This document shows, in pieces, positions 1 to 9,266 of a stretch of DNA of 52,090 bases. The DNA is from a virus (lineage: Duplodnaviria > Caudoviricetes): IMG/VR virus record IMGVR_UViG_3300025697_000033, positions 1 to 52,090 of that record, one strand, 5' to 3'. The position numbers and the translations under genes were made by a program. Every line of letters starts with the position of its first letter. Within the stretch, counting starts at the first letter, position 1. The notes under the pieces are model-generated. The model ran no database searches. It was not told where the DNA came from and was given only the letters and a program-made list of their open reading frames with translations.

Positions 1-126
1 GCCAATTGTCCATTGTGCATAATTAGCGGCGCGATGCCTTTCACTTGGAACGTCTTTTGTTTCAACATGTCATTTCTCCTTGTATTGCCTAACCTATCCG
101 TAAACCGCACAATGCGGAATATACCC

Positions 127-476
127 TTGCCTCGCCCCGCCACGCCATGCCCCGCCTAGCCTCGCCCCGCCACGCCGCGCCAGGCCTTGAGAAAAGTCTT
201 TGTTGCATCCTTGCCTCGCCTTGCCTTGCCCTGCCCAGCCGCGCCTCGCCGCGCCTTGCCAAGCCACGCCTTGAGAAAGTCTTTGTTGTATCCATGCCTT
301 GCCTTGCCTCTCCAGTCCTGGCCGTGCCTCGCCTATCCGAGCCTCGCCACGCCAAGCCTTGCCTTGCCCCTCCAGGCCAAGCCTTGAGAAAGTCTTTGTT
401 GTATCCATGCCTCGCCCGTCCATGCCAGGCCGCGCCTTGCCATGCCTCTCCGCGCCCATCCACGCCGTGCCTCGCC
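127..476 (-). repeat. Phased GG(C/A)-NN pentamer array, 4 units (12,12,18,14 pentamers); putative guide-RNA array, allele A
   Basis: Plus strand parses as NN-(g/t)cc without register breaks. Linkers GAGAAA(A)GTCTTTGTTG(T/C)ATCC at 189-210, 273-293 and 386-406. Confidence 0.9.
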
Positions 477-477
477 A

Positions 478-579
478 TAAAAAAGCCCCAACTACGCAGA
501 GACCGGCGAAGGAATGCGCAATTAGGGCTAAACAGGATCGCTCCTGTAAAAACTCGCTATGTGATTTCGCCGATCTCAT
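478..579 (-). ncRNA. Structured leader RNA (5' strand, GCGA hairpin, terminator-like hairpin with complementary loop)
   Basis: 15-bp stem 484-498/515-529 with G-U pairs valid only on the minus strand, followed by a U-tract. The loop pairs over 12 bp with 566-577. Small hairpin ACAGGA-GCGA-UCCUGU at 532-547. Confidence 0.65.
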
Positions 580-585
580 ATTCAA

Positions 586-614
586 ACTATACTAGAAAAA
601 CCTTTGGATGTCAA
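586..614 (-). promoter_or_regulatory. sigma70-type promoter for the array/RAMP operon
   Basis: TTGACA (614-609), 17 bp spacer, TATAGT (591-586). Confidence 0.85.
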
Positions 615-892
615 GCGCTCTTTTCCGCCGCCGCCCGCGCCTTGCATGTGGCCTCAAGCGCGGCAACCCGTTCCGACACCTCGTGGCCCCGGTCGCTTAT
701 CGTGTTTACGTTTTCCCATATCTCTCTGATTTGGTTTGCCATGCTATTCACGGAATCGCCAACATTTCCAATTGCGTCTCGGAGCCTGCCGATATGCAAG
801 CCGAGCGCCCACCGAAACGTCCCCAGAAGGGCCAGGTAAAAGGCAATGCCTATTCCCCCGAGTTTTGCCGCGTCTGCCAATCCGATTTCCAT
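611..892 (-). CDS. Small membrane protein with coiled coil (holin/XhlA-like candidate)
   Basis: MEIGLADAAKLGGIGIAFYLALLG hydrophobic segment then heptad-like region; AAGGAA RBS; last gene of tail operon. Confidence 0.5.
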   Translation of the reverse strand: MEIGLADAAKLGGIGIAFYLALLGTFRWALGLHIGRLRDAIGNVGDSVNSMANQIREIWENVNTISDRGHEVSERVAALEATCKARAAAEKSA

Positions 893-930
893 GTCTATTT
901 CCTTATTCACTTTGATCACTCCGCCCCCGG

Positions 931-2130
931 TTAATTCGAGATTCTGTTCACACGCATATTCACCGAGACGATCTTAATGTCATCATTTCCAGCCGTTGCG
1001 CCGCCCACAACCCCCACAAACAAATCACCAGCAACTACAGTGTCGGTGCCTGTAATTGAGGTCGCGCCGACATCGGTGCTATTCGAAAACCGCCGAGCCT
1101 TCATGCAGCTTCCGTTGATGATGTGCGTGATTGTTCCTGCAGCGCCAGCCCCGCCGCCAGTTCCGGCAACGTCCGCGCCCGCCAGATCTCGGACAGAGAA
1201 AGTCGTCGCATCCACCCATGTGACTAGGTGCGATGCGTTCAGCGCCGTATTCGTCGTGTGCCCGGCAATGACAACCGCATCGCCCGTTTCCAATCCATGC
1301 GCCGCCGCCATGGTTACGACGATAGGCGTTTCATCCGTCGAACTAGTGATGACCGGCTCCGTTGCAACCTCGTTTGCAACGGCGATCCAGTAGTCCTCGT
1401 TGGTGCCAGTGCCAACACCCGATGCAGACAGATAAATCTCATACGTCCCGCCACCATTTGCGCCGATTGTGATAACATCCGGGGTCAAAGTTGCAACGGC
1501 GTTTCCGTCTGAATCTTGCGCCCCGATATGAACGAACTCAGTGATGGGAGAGAACTCGTTCGTGTTGGTGGTGTGCGTCACGCCCGTACCCGTGCCTGTG
1601 TTCTGCCAAAGCCCAGCATAGGATCGCTCTTCGCTCGTTTCCAGCGCGGACGCAAGCACTTGCCCCGCTGCATTCGTGATGGTGGTCGGCCCGGTTCCCG
1701 CCGTAAGGATTCCGTCAATGTCCGTAGTGGCGCTCTTGATCGTGGTGGTGCCCGTCGCCGCGCCGATGTCCACCACCGTCGCCGCGCCGCCGAAGTTGAT
1801 CGTTGTGCTCACCGTATCAAGCAAGTCTTGTGTTGCCGCGCCTATGATGTCGTCGGCCACGGTCGTAACGCCCGTTACGCCCAACGTGCCGCCTACTACC
1901 GCGTCGCCGTCCATTGACAGATCGCCATCTCTGGTAAGCGTGATCCCGCCAGCGGGGCTTTCACCCTCCGCCGCCGATCCGTAGCCGCCGCCGACTTTGA
2001 TTTGCTCCTTGTAGAAGGTGGCGACTTGGGCATAGGCTTCGGGCAGGATGCCGTAAATCATTATCACAATCATAACGGCTACTATAGGCAGCCCTATCCC
2101 GAGTGAGATTTTATCTTTCCAGTTTCTCAT
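931..2130 (-). CDS. Tail-region fibre-like protein with N-terminal signal/TM segment
   Basis: Gly/Thr-rich beta repeats; TPIVVT..AHGLETGDAVVI.G motif (E1 FCCH-like domain common in phage virion proteins). Confidence 0.55.
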   Translation of the reverse strand: MRNWKDKISLGIGLPIVAVMIVIMIYGILPEAYAQVATFYKEQIKVGGGYGSAAEGESPAGGITLTRDGDLSMDGDAVVGGTLGVTGVTTVADDIIGAATQDLLDTVSTTINFGGAATVVDIGAATGTTTIKSATTDIDGILTAGTGPTTITNAAGQVLASALETSEERSYAGLWQNTGTGTGVTHTTNTNEFSPITEFVHIGAQDSDGNAVATLTPDVITIGANGGGTYEIYLSASGVGTGTNEDYWIAVANEVATEPVITSSTDETPIVVTMAAAHGLETGDAVVIAGHTTNTALNASHLVTWVDATTFSVRDLAGADVAGTGGGAGAAGTITHIINGSCMKARRFSNSTDVGATSITGTDTVVAGDLFVGVVGGATAGNDDIKIVSVNMRVNRISN

Positions 2131-2184
2131 TTCTATCTCTCCTAAAGGCCGATGGTTCCGCCTTGGTTGTTCGTTGTGACAACT

Positions 2185-3237
2185 CTATCTTACTAAATAT
2201 GTTTCGCCGTCGAACCCTGCCTTGAGGGGATAGCGCTCTGCGGCGTCTGATATTCGCACCCCCGCAAACGAATATCTATAGGTCGCTGATAGGCTTCTCA
2301 ATATCAAGCCATGATCATCTGATAATAGAGAATATGGGCCTTCCTCCGGTAACGTCGTCTCCCATCCACCGAACAAAAACAACCCCGGATTTGTCATGGT
2401 TGATGTCTCGCCGATCCTCCACTGCACTTCAGATGCCACATACAATGCGCTGTCATAAAAGGTCCACGCAAGAAACCGCCTTTGCGTAACACTAAACCCC
2501 GTAAGAAGCGGCTGCACCGCGCTTCTTGTGTTTCTGTAGGGTATCGACGGATGCCCTGGCGATGTAGTGACGACACCAATTCCAGGAGTCTGATATCCCG
2601 GAATCGTTAAACCGCCAAACCCGCCTACCACAGAATGGCTTCTGTTAAACCAATATCCATCATTCGCTATTGGTGACCATATATATTGCTCACCCGTTCC
2701 CCACCGAATGCCTTCAGGGGATGAACGATTTGCAGTGAACGCATACACCAAGTCTCTGCCTAAAAACTGGGCGGAACCAGCAGCAAGCCCAAAAGACCCA
2801 AAACGCGCAAAGTTGACATTTAAAACGGAGAATACAATTGATCCTGATTCATCCAATTCAATATATCTAGCATAAGTATCACCCCAAGGAGAAATGCAAA
2901 TCATGCAACCGCCATCGGGAGAAGCCACTACGCTGGATACTGTGTCGCGTGTGACAGCCACCCCGGGATTTATATAAACCGTCCATAAAAGAGAACCCGC
3001 CATGCTGAATTTGCGGACCGTCGCCGATATCAATGTCACATTGCTTAGAACGAAAATATAATCATCAACAGAATAGTACCATACGCCCTCATCTGCATCT
3101 ATGCTCAGAATCAACGTTATAGAACAATCTACCTCAAGCCTATAAAGCCCACGGCCCGATCTGTTAGCACCAAAAGCCTGCACCTTGCTTCTTATTAGTC
3201 CTTGGTTTCTGCCTTTGTTTAGTGACTGGATGCTCAT
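2185..3237 (-). CDS. Hypothetical tail-region protein, possible beta-propeller/receptor-binding
   Basis: About 350 aa, beta-rich, visibly more AT-rich than its neighbours, directly after the large tail protein. Confidence 0.45.
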   Translation of the reverse strand: MSIQSLNKGRNQGLIRSKVQAFGANRSGRGLYRLEVDCSITLILSIDADEGVWYYSVDDYIFVLSNVTLISATVRKFSMAGSLLWTVYINPGVAVTRDTVSSVVASPDGGCMICISPWGDTYARYIELDESGSIVFSVLNVNFARFGSFGLAAGSAQFLGRDLVYAFTANRSSPEGIRWGTGEQYIWSPIANDGYWFNRSHSVVGGFGGLTIPGYQTPGIGVVTTSPGHPSIPYRNTRSAVQPLLTGFSVTQRRFLAWTFYDSALYVASEVQWRIGETSTMTNPGLFLFGGWETTLPEEGPYSLLSDDHGLILRSLSATYRYSFAGVRISDAAERYPLKAGFDGETYLVR

Positions 3238-3239
3238 GG

Positions 3240-6200
3240 TTATACCGCCGCCCATCCTCGGGCCTCTTGCGTGATTTCAACCCACGGCACATTCGGGAAA
3301 TCTGTGAGTCGCCGCGTAACAGCAAGCCTGTCGCCAATATAATATCCTGGCGTGATGACCTGATCCTCCGTCACCCCATCAAGCACCGCATCACGATGGC
3401 GGAGCGTGGTCGATGTGTATTCCACCGAATCGCCGTTTTCAAAAACCCGCGCCACTCCATTGTATGAGTCTATCCATATTCCAAGAGACGGTGCCACATT
3501 CATCACGATTCCGGTTGCCTGCTCAAGCTCAACGTCATACCTAACGCACTCCAAGTATTGCGTCTGGATGCCTGTAACAATCGCGTACTCGATGCCGCGC
3601 TCCCACCAGTCACCGTTCCAAAACTCAAAGCCGTTTTCCGTGATTCGCGTGCTCCCCGTTGCTGGCACGTCCGGGTCAGTTGGGTCATCCGGGTCATTCA
3701 GCGTCACGCCGCCCTCGCCGGTGTTATAGATGCTGGTGATGTCGCCCGGCTGGCTGCGATTTATAAGCGCCTCAATGATGTCTTCCATGGTTCCGCGCCG
3801 ATTGTCCAATTCCATTTCGATTGGCAACGGATTCCCGCCGATGTCATACCGCACCTTGAGCACCTGCACCTCCGTGTCTACGTCTTGATCCGCGTCGAGC
3901 ACTTGCACTACTTGGCCCTTGTACAGCCCGTTGAATCCTAGATCCCATGCCGTGTTGGTGCCTGTCAAATCGACGGCGATTGTCGTGCCGGTGCGCCCCG
4001 GTACGTCGTTCGCCAGCATGCTCAAATCAAGCGTGTTCAATCGATACGAGATAAACGGGTCTTTGAACTCTTCAAGCGCCCGCAGAACGGCGGCCTCCAG
4101 TATGTCGGGGTCGGTGATTTGGGAGTCGGTCAAGATGAATTCGCGGATGCCATAGGCCGCAACGCTCGTATCATCCTGAATGTAACCAGTTGCATATCCA
4201 GCGTCCACCAAAGAGAGCCGCTTTTCAGGGATGTCGCCCTCGCCGAATCCATGGATCCGGTTTGCAAGCTCACTACGATCCTCTCGCGCCTCAAGCCCCA
4301 CAAGCCGCTCCCCGGCTGCGATTGCATCCGGCCCGCCGATAACCTCAATCTTGCGCCGCCAATTGAATTTGTTTTCCGCGTCCACCCACCAGACGCCCGC
4401 GTTTTCCTTGCCGATGGATTTCTGCATCTGCCTAATCACGGCGAGTATGTTCGTGTCCACCAGCTTCACGTCCGCAACCTGAGCCTCGATTTGCGGGTCA
4501 ATAATGCCAATTGAAACAGGCCGCTCATGGACTTGATCGGCTATGATTTCTTCCAAGACGCTTTGAACCGTGCCGGATGTTTCAATAAACGGGATAACCT
4601 CCCGCCCCATTTGCACAACCGCGTTGGCCGCGTAAACGTCAATGAAGAAAGCATCGCCCTCATTTGACCGCATGGGCTGTTCAACCGTGAATGCTCCAAG
4701 CGCAAGCCCCCAGCGGTCCCTCAGAACCAGCCGCGCATTGGGGTCCATGAGCGCCTCTGTTTGCGAAGCGTCTTTGGTGGGATCAGCGGTGACTCGAAAC
4801 TGAATATCACTCGCCTCATTCACGCGGTCGGTGAAGGTGCCATTATCCACTTGATTGATTTCCGCCATGAGTCCGTCAGTGCCGTATACCTCAATCTTGT
4901 AGAGCAGAACATCGCTTTCCTGGTAGGTTGTGGAGGTCGGCGGAACGCCGTCGAAGTCGGTCCCAAACACAACGCCATCGCTCGTTGTGGTGGTGATCGA
5001 AAGATCGTCGTTGAACGTCAGCGGCGTGGTGATGGTGTAGCTGCCCTCTTCGCCCGAGATGGTCCAGGTCGAAAGGCCCGCTGAATCAAACGCCGTTTGC
5101 ACCGTCGCCACGGAAGCATTATCCAAGAATTCCACACTGTAAAGCGTCCGATCAATTCGGATGCTCAGCGTCACCGTGTCGCCGCTTTCGTCGGTGGTCA
5201 ACGTATAGATCCGCGTTTTGGGCGTGGTGCCGCTGGGCGCGGACGGATCTCGCTGCCATGGCTCCCGATTCCAAAACTCTGTGGTATTCTGCACGCCGTT
5301 GGTGCCGTCGCCGTGAATGCCGCCGCCGATAATAATGCCGCCGCCCGCCACGCCGGGAGAGGATACCCCCACACTTGGAAGGTGCATGCCAATCCGCGCC
5401 GTGCCGACAAAGCCCGACATGTCGAGGACCGCGTCGGCGACGTACCCCACCGTGATTTGCCGCTCTTCACCCGCGCTAAGCTCAACGAAAATAGGCTCAG
5501 GCGTTCTGTAGCCGGCCACCGGCAGGAACGTCACCCAATACTCTCCCGCGTCGAGCGTGATCGCCTCACCGGAATCGCGCCACGCCTCATTGGCTACTTG
5601 CCACGCTGAACCCGATGGGCCGGAAATCAAGACGTTCAAGCCCACTTCCGCCGCCGTGTAGGTGATGGTTTCCGAAAGTAGATCGCCCGCTGGAACCGTC
5701 ACGAATTTGGAGGCGGGTTCGATCCATCCTGATTGTGGTTTCGCGGAAAGGGAGTATTGCGCGGCCAGCACAGTGATGGTTTCGCCTGAATCCGTGAAGG
5801 GCGCCGCGCCGGTCAATGTGTAGCCGCCGCCCGCGATTGCGCCAGCCGGGGCGATGGTGCCCTTGAATTGTCCATTGATAGGCGTGTAGGTTCCGGTGAC
5901 TTCGGTATCCACGCCGTCCGTCAAATTGGTGTCGAAGTCTTCCGGTGCGTCATAGGTCGAAAGATTGCTTGAGAATGCGATGGTGTATGGGTTCGCAGAA
6001 ACAGGCAATGCCACCGTCGCGCCGGATGCCCTCGGTGTGACTCCCGCGTCAACGCTCCATGTTTCTCCCGTCACAGCCGCCGCCGGGGAAAGCGTCACTG
6101 TCAGATTGCCATTGCCCGCTGCAAGAGGCACCCAGATCGCGGTATGCGTCACGGTGGTATCGCTTGACACCTCCACGTTTTCGCCCGTGGGGGTCGTAAA

Positions 6201-8081
6201 CCCCGCCACCGCGCCATAGGTGACGGCATAGGTGCCAGGGGTAAGTATAGCCGTCTGCCCGTTCGTGTAGGCCACACTGTCCACCGTGGCCGTGGCGGTA
6301 GCTTGCGCGTCTGGGGGTTGCAGGTCGAAAAGGATTTGTCCAGGCGGATCGGTCGCGTCGGCAACGTAGGTTCCCGTGACAACATATTCCTTGTCAACTT
6401 CGACTTCAACCGTTTCATCGGCGGGTTTCGTGTATCCCGCCTGTGCGGAGAACACCAGCGTCTTGGTGCCTGCCGCCAAGTCTTGAGACGCGCCTGTCAA
6501 TGGGTTTGTCGCGCCGCCGTCCACCGTCCATGTCGCCACGCCCTGCAGCGCAGACGGAAGAGCGTTGACCAGCAAATTTCCAGTGGTGCCGTTTAGGGTG
6601 TAAACGACGTTCAAAACAGTCGTGGTGCCAGCCTCCACGACGTTGCTGGTGTGCGGCCCGGTTGCCGTCCATCCTGAGATAGGTTTGAGGTAGACCGTGT
6701 ACGTCGCGTCCGCAAGATCGACTTCTTCGCCGTCAGCGTAGGGATAGGTTGCTCCGTCCGTGCCCCACATGCCCCCAGCCGTCACCGCCGCCGCAGGGTC
6801 TATGTTGACCTTGAGTACGCCCACCGACGCCGTATACGTCCCTGTGGCGCTGTCTGTTGCACCCGCTGAAACTACCGGGTTTTCGTCGGCGGGCGGATCC
6901 CAGCCGATCACATTCTTGTATTCGACCAGATGCGCCCCCGCGCTGAGATTATTCACCGTGGCAGTGGATGTCAACCACGCGCCGCCATCCACGCGAAACC
7001 GAGCGCCCGCCGTGATCGCGCCCGCAGGGGCCAGGGTGCGGGTGATATTTCCATGCGTCAAAACATAAGTGGTGTTGACCGTCGTGTCTTCGCCCGCCTC
7101 CAGCATGACCGTCGCGGGGGTGGGCGTGGTGTAATTCGTCGCGTCGTGGTAAATGGGGGCCGTCCGCAGATCCCCTACATCACGCTGCGCTTGATCGCCG
7201 TCATCGCGCCATGCGGTTTCATCATTCATCCGCCATTGAGCGCCCGCCGTTATGGCCGCTGGGTTCGGCAAAAGATTCACGATCAAGCCGCCCCGCGCCG
7301 CAGTGTAGAGCATGGGCGCGTCAACGTTTTTCCCGAGGGAGACAACCACGTCCAGGCTTTCCGGTGAATCCCAAAGCAAGTTCGGAACATCCACCGGATG
7401 GACGGTGTGAGAACCCGTGATCACGGAAATTGCAACACCGGTCGGATATTCCGTGAGGCCAGAATCGATTGTCACTTTCGCGCCAAGCGTAGCTGCGCGG
7501 GCGGGCGTTATGAGCGGCGTAATGAGCCCCACAGGGCCGGATGTGTGAGTAAGCACCAAACGCGGGAAGTCTGTTACGTCTGTCCGCAAGGTCCAGTCTA
7601 CAAAATCCGTATCGGCATTTCCTAACGTTGCCTCGATGCTTGTATTATCAACCGACACCGCCGCGCCGTCCGGGTTCTCCCACTCTATGCGGATCGTAAC
7701 ATGAGTAGCGCCGTCCGCATAAGCCTTGATGAGCCCTTTGGAAAAATCGCCTGTAATGTCGTAAAGCTGCGTTCCGGTTGCTGTGGACTGTTGCCCAGTC
7801 AATAGCGTTCCATTGAAGCTCAGAGCCTCCATGGCCGCGTAGCCTGTAACCTCGGTCCACGCCCCGACGTCATCAGCCTGCACGTCATATTCTACGGTTG
7901 CATTCGCGGCGGCAACTTCAAGTTGTAGTTTGGCGTTTGTGAGGTTGTCCGCGCCGATGCTGGGAAGGGCGAAGCGGATAAAATAGTGCAGCACCCCATC
8001 TTCCCCCGGCGTGGTGTAAGAATCCTCATAAGTAATGAGGTTCGCCGTCACATCCCCGATAACTGTGGTCGTGATGCTCAT
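3240..8081 (-). CDS. Large tail protein: about 7 PEGA/Ig-like repeats plus C-terminal tail hub/spike-type region
   Basis: 1613 aa. Repeats of type L.P.AA...GA.W.VDGG.W......V....G...V.F..V.GW..P. C-terminal ELANRIHGFGEG...YIQDDTSVAAYGIRE motif typical of prophage tail proteins. Confidence 0.75.
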   Translation of the reverse strand: MSITTTVIGDVTANLITYEDSYTTPGEDGVLHYFIRFALPSIGADNLTNAKLQLEVAAANATVEYDVQADDVGAWTEVTGYAAMEALSFNGTLLTGQQSTATGTQLYDITGDFSKGLIKAYADGATHVTIRIEWENPDGAAVSVDNTSIEATLGNADTDFVDWTLRTDVTDFPRLVLTHTSGPVGLITPLITPARAATLGAKVTIDSGLTEYPTGVAISVITGSHTVHPVDVPNLLWDSPESLDVVVSLGKNVDAPMLYTAARGGLIVNLLPNPAAITAGAQWRMNDETAWRDDGDQAQRDVGDLRTAPIYHDATNYTTPTPATVMLEAGEDTTVNTTYVLTHGNITRTLAPAGAITAGARFRVDGGAWLTSTATVNNLSAGAHLVEYKNVIGWDPPADENPVVSAGATDSATGTYTASVGVLKVNIDPAAAVTAGGMWGTDGATYPYADGEEVDLADATYTVYLKPISGWTATGPHTSNVVEAGTTTVLNVVYTLNGTTGNLLVNALPSALQGVATWTVDGGATNPLTGASQDLAAGTKTLVFSAQAGYTKPADETVEVEVDKEYVVTGTYVADATDPPGQILFDLQPPDAQATATATVDSVAYTNGQTAILTPGTYAVTYGAVAGFTTPTGENVEVSSDTTVTHTAIWVPLAAGNGNLTVTLSPAAAVTGETWSVDAGVTPRASGATVALPVSANPYTIAFSSNLSTYDAPEDFDTNLTDGVDTEVTGTYTPINGQFKGTIAPAGAIAGGGYTLTGAAPFTDSGETITVLAAQYSLSAKPQSGWIEPASKFVTVPAGDLLSETITYTAAEVGLNVLISGPSGSAWQVANEAWRDSGEAITLDAGEYWVTFLPVAGYRTPEPIFVELSAGEERQITVGYVADAVLDMSGFVGTARIGMHLPSVGVSSPGVAGGGIIIGGGIHGDGTNGVQNTTEFWNREPWQRDPSAPSGTTPKTRIYTLTTDESGDTVTLSIRIDRTLYSVEFLDNASVATVQTAFDSAGLSTWTISGEEGSYTITTPLTFNDDLSITTTTSDGVVFGTDFDGVPPTSTTYQESDVLLYKIEVYGTDGLMAEINQVDNGTFTDRVNEASDIQFRVTADPTKDASQTEALMDPNARLVLRDRWGLALGAFTVEQPMRSNEGDAFFIDVYAANAVVQMGREVIPFIETSGTVQSVLEEIIADQVHERPVSIGIIDPQIEAQVADVKLVDTNILAVIRQMQKSIGKENAGVWWVDAENKFNWRRKIEVIGGPDAIAAGERLVGLEAREDRSELANRIHGFGEGDIPEKRLSLVDAGYATGYIQDDTSVAAYGIREFILTDSQITDPDILEAAVLRALEEFKDPFISYRLNTLDLSMLANDVPGRTGTTIAVDLTGTNTAWDLGFNGLYKGQVVQVLDADQDVDTEVQVLKVRYDIGGNPLPIEMELDNRRGTMEDIIEALINRSQPGDITSIYNTGEGGVTLNDPDDPTDPDVPATGSTRITENGFEFWNGDWWERGIEYAIVTGIQTQYLECVRYDVELEQATGIVMNVAPSLGIWIDSYNGVARVFENGDSVEYTSTTLRHRDAVLDGVTEDQVITPGYYIGDRLAVTRRLTDFPNVPWVEITQEARGWAAV

Positions 8082-8804
8082 TTAGAGAAACGCCCTTTTG
8101 TCTACAATATAGCCGTCGCCTCCGTCACTGTCTTCAATGATCGTTTCGCCCACGACGTGATAAATCCAGGCCAGCAAGAGATTGCTGGCGCTCACAGCGC
8201 GCGCGGTGGGGGAGCCTGCCTCTACCCCGGTGAGGATGGAGATCGTGCCGTCCTGGGCAACCTGGACCGTATCAATGCGCGGATTGACCGTCGGGGCCAC
8301 CATAAGCGCGGAGGCGAACTGCGAAGCCCCCCCCACGGGTTGCCCGTCAACCATGGCGAAGCCCGCGCCGACGATCACGCCCATAGTGGCGGTTCCCGTG
8401 GTCTCTTCGGTGAGCAGGTCCGTGCCAGAAGCGCTACGCTGCACCCCGTCATCACCATGAATGAAGAAGAAGGCCGTCCGCAGATTATCAAGCTCGGTTT
8501 TTAATTCGTTGAACAGCGCCGCCGAAACTACATTAGAAACCGCCGCGTCTGCAAGGTGCGTGGATGCAGCGCTCCCGTCATAGGCGCGTTCTATCGTGAG
8601 CGTGTCCAGGCCCGCGCTAGGCGTGTCTGTGGCTACGACGGAGACCAGAACGAACTCACTATCGATCTTGGCAATGAACGGCGCGTCCGGCGCTCCTGTG
8701 GCTCCGCTCGCTTTCAGGATAGCGGTAAGCTGCCCCGATGTCATATTGGCGTTGAGCGCCGCCTCCCAGTTGTTCGCGGTGTTGTTCAGTGCTGTCTTAG
8801 CCAT
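8082..8804 (-). CDS. Minor tail protein
   Basis: Position in tail operon; LTIERAYDGSAASTH and APTVNPRIDTV motifs seen in tail proteins. Confidence 0.6.
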   Translation of the reverse strand: MAKTALNNTANNWEAALNANMTSGQLTAILKASGATGAPDAPFIAKIDSEFVLVSVVATDTPSAGLDTLTIERAYDGSAASTHLADAAVSNVVSAALFNELKTELDNLRTAFFFIHGDDGVQRSASGTDLLTEETTGTATMGVIVGAGFAMVDGQPVGGASQFASALMVAPTVNPRIDTVQVAQDGTISILTGVEAGSPTARAVSASNLLLAWIYHVVGETIIEDSDGGDGYIVDKRAFL

Positions 8805-8814
8805 TGCTCGGCTC

Positions 8815-9264
8815 CTAAGATGTTGGCGCGGTTTCGAGAAAGTTCAGCGTGAAGGCGATCCCGGTCAATGCTTCATCGCCCCAGATGGGATTTCCGTCAG
8901 CCAATCGCACAGAGGCCGTGCGCCCGGTCCAGATTTGAACGGTCAATAGTTCCTCGACATTGCTCGCGTGGTGCGCTGCCAATACGGTCTCGATATTCGT
9001 GATGAGGGTTTCCAGCGCGTCATCGGCGCCGCTGCCGCCGTGCGCCACATCCACAGCCACAGCCATGCACTCCAGGACAATGAGCTTCGCGCCCACCGTC
9101 GCGCCCTGGGCCACTATGCCGTTTGCTTGGCTCAGGTTCGCAGTGTTGAGCCGGATCGGCGCCGATGGGGGGACGCTGGTTCCTTCGTCCAAAATGACGT
9201 TGTAGCTGTCACCCCAGAACTCCACCGCGCCAAGTTGAAATGAGACTGCTTGCCGGACTGCCAT
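8815..9264 (-). CDS. Distal tail (Dit-like) protein
   Basis: 149 aa immediately downstream of tape measure gene. Confidence 0.5.
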   Translation of the reverse strand: MAVRQAVSFQLGAVEFWGDSYNVILDEGTSVPPSAPIRLNTANLSQANGIVAQGATVGAKLIVLECMAVAVDVAHGGSGADDALETLITNIETVLAAHHASNVEELLTVQIWTGRTASVRLADGNPIWGDEALTGIAFTLNFLETAPTS

Positions 9265-9266
9265 AG

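Larger units (their letters stand above)
1..600. repeat. Terminal redundancy, left copy (allele of 51522-52090)
   Basis: 1-126 matches 51522-51647 except G100/A51621. 474-600 is identical to 51964-52090. The enclosed array differs and is 31 bp longer here. Confidence 0.95.

Noticed and set aside
127-476. Simple microsatellite or sequencing artefact
   Set aside because: NN is highly diverse while register, linkers and boundaries are conserved across separate arrays around one gene.
89-839. Overlapping ORFs across the array in several frames (ARxG/PCLA repeats), also at 50211-52075
   Set aside because: GGC-NN repeats rarely contain stops, so many frames stay open. The 5-nt period and 1-nt linker indels argue against protein coding.
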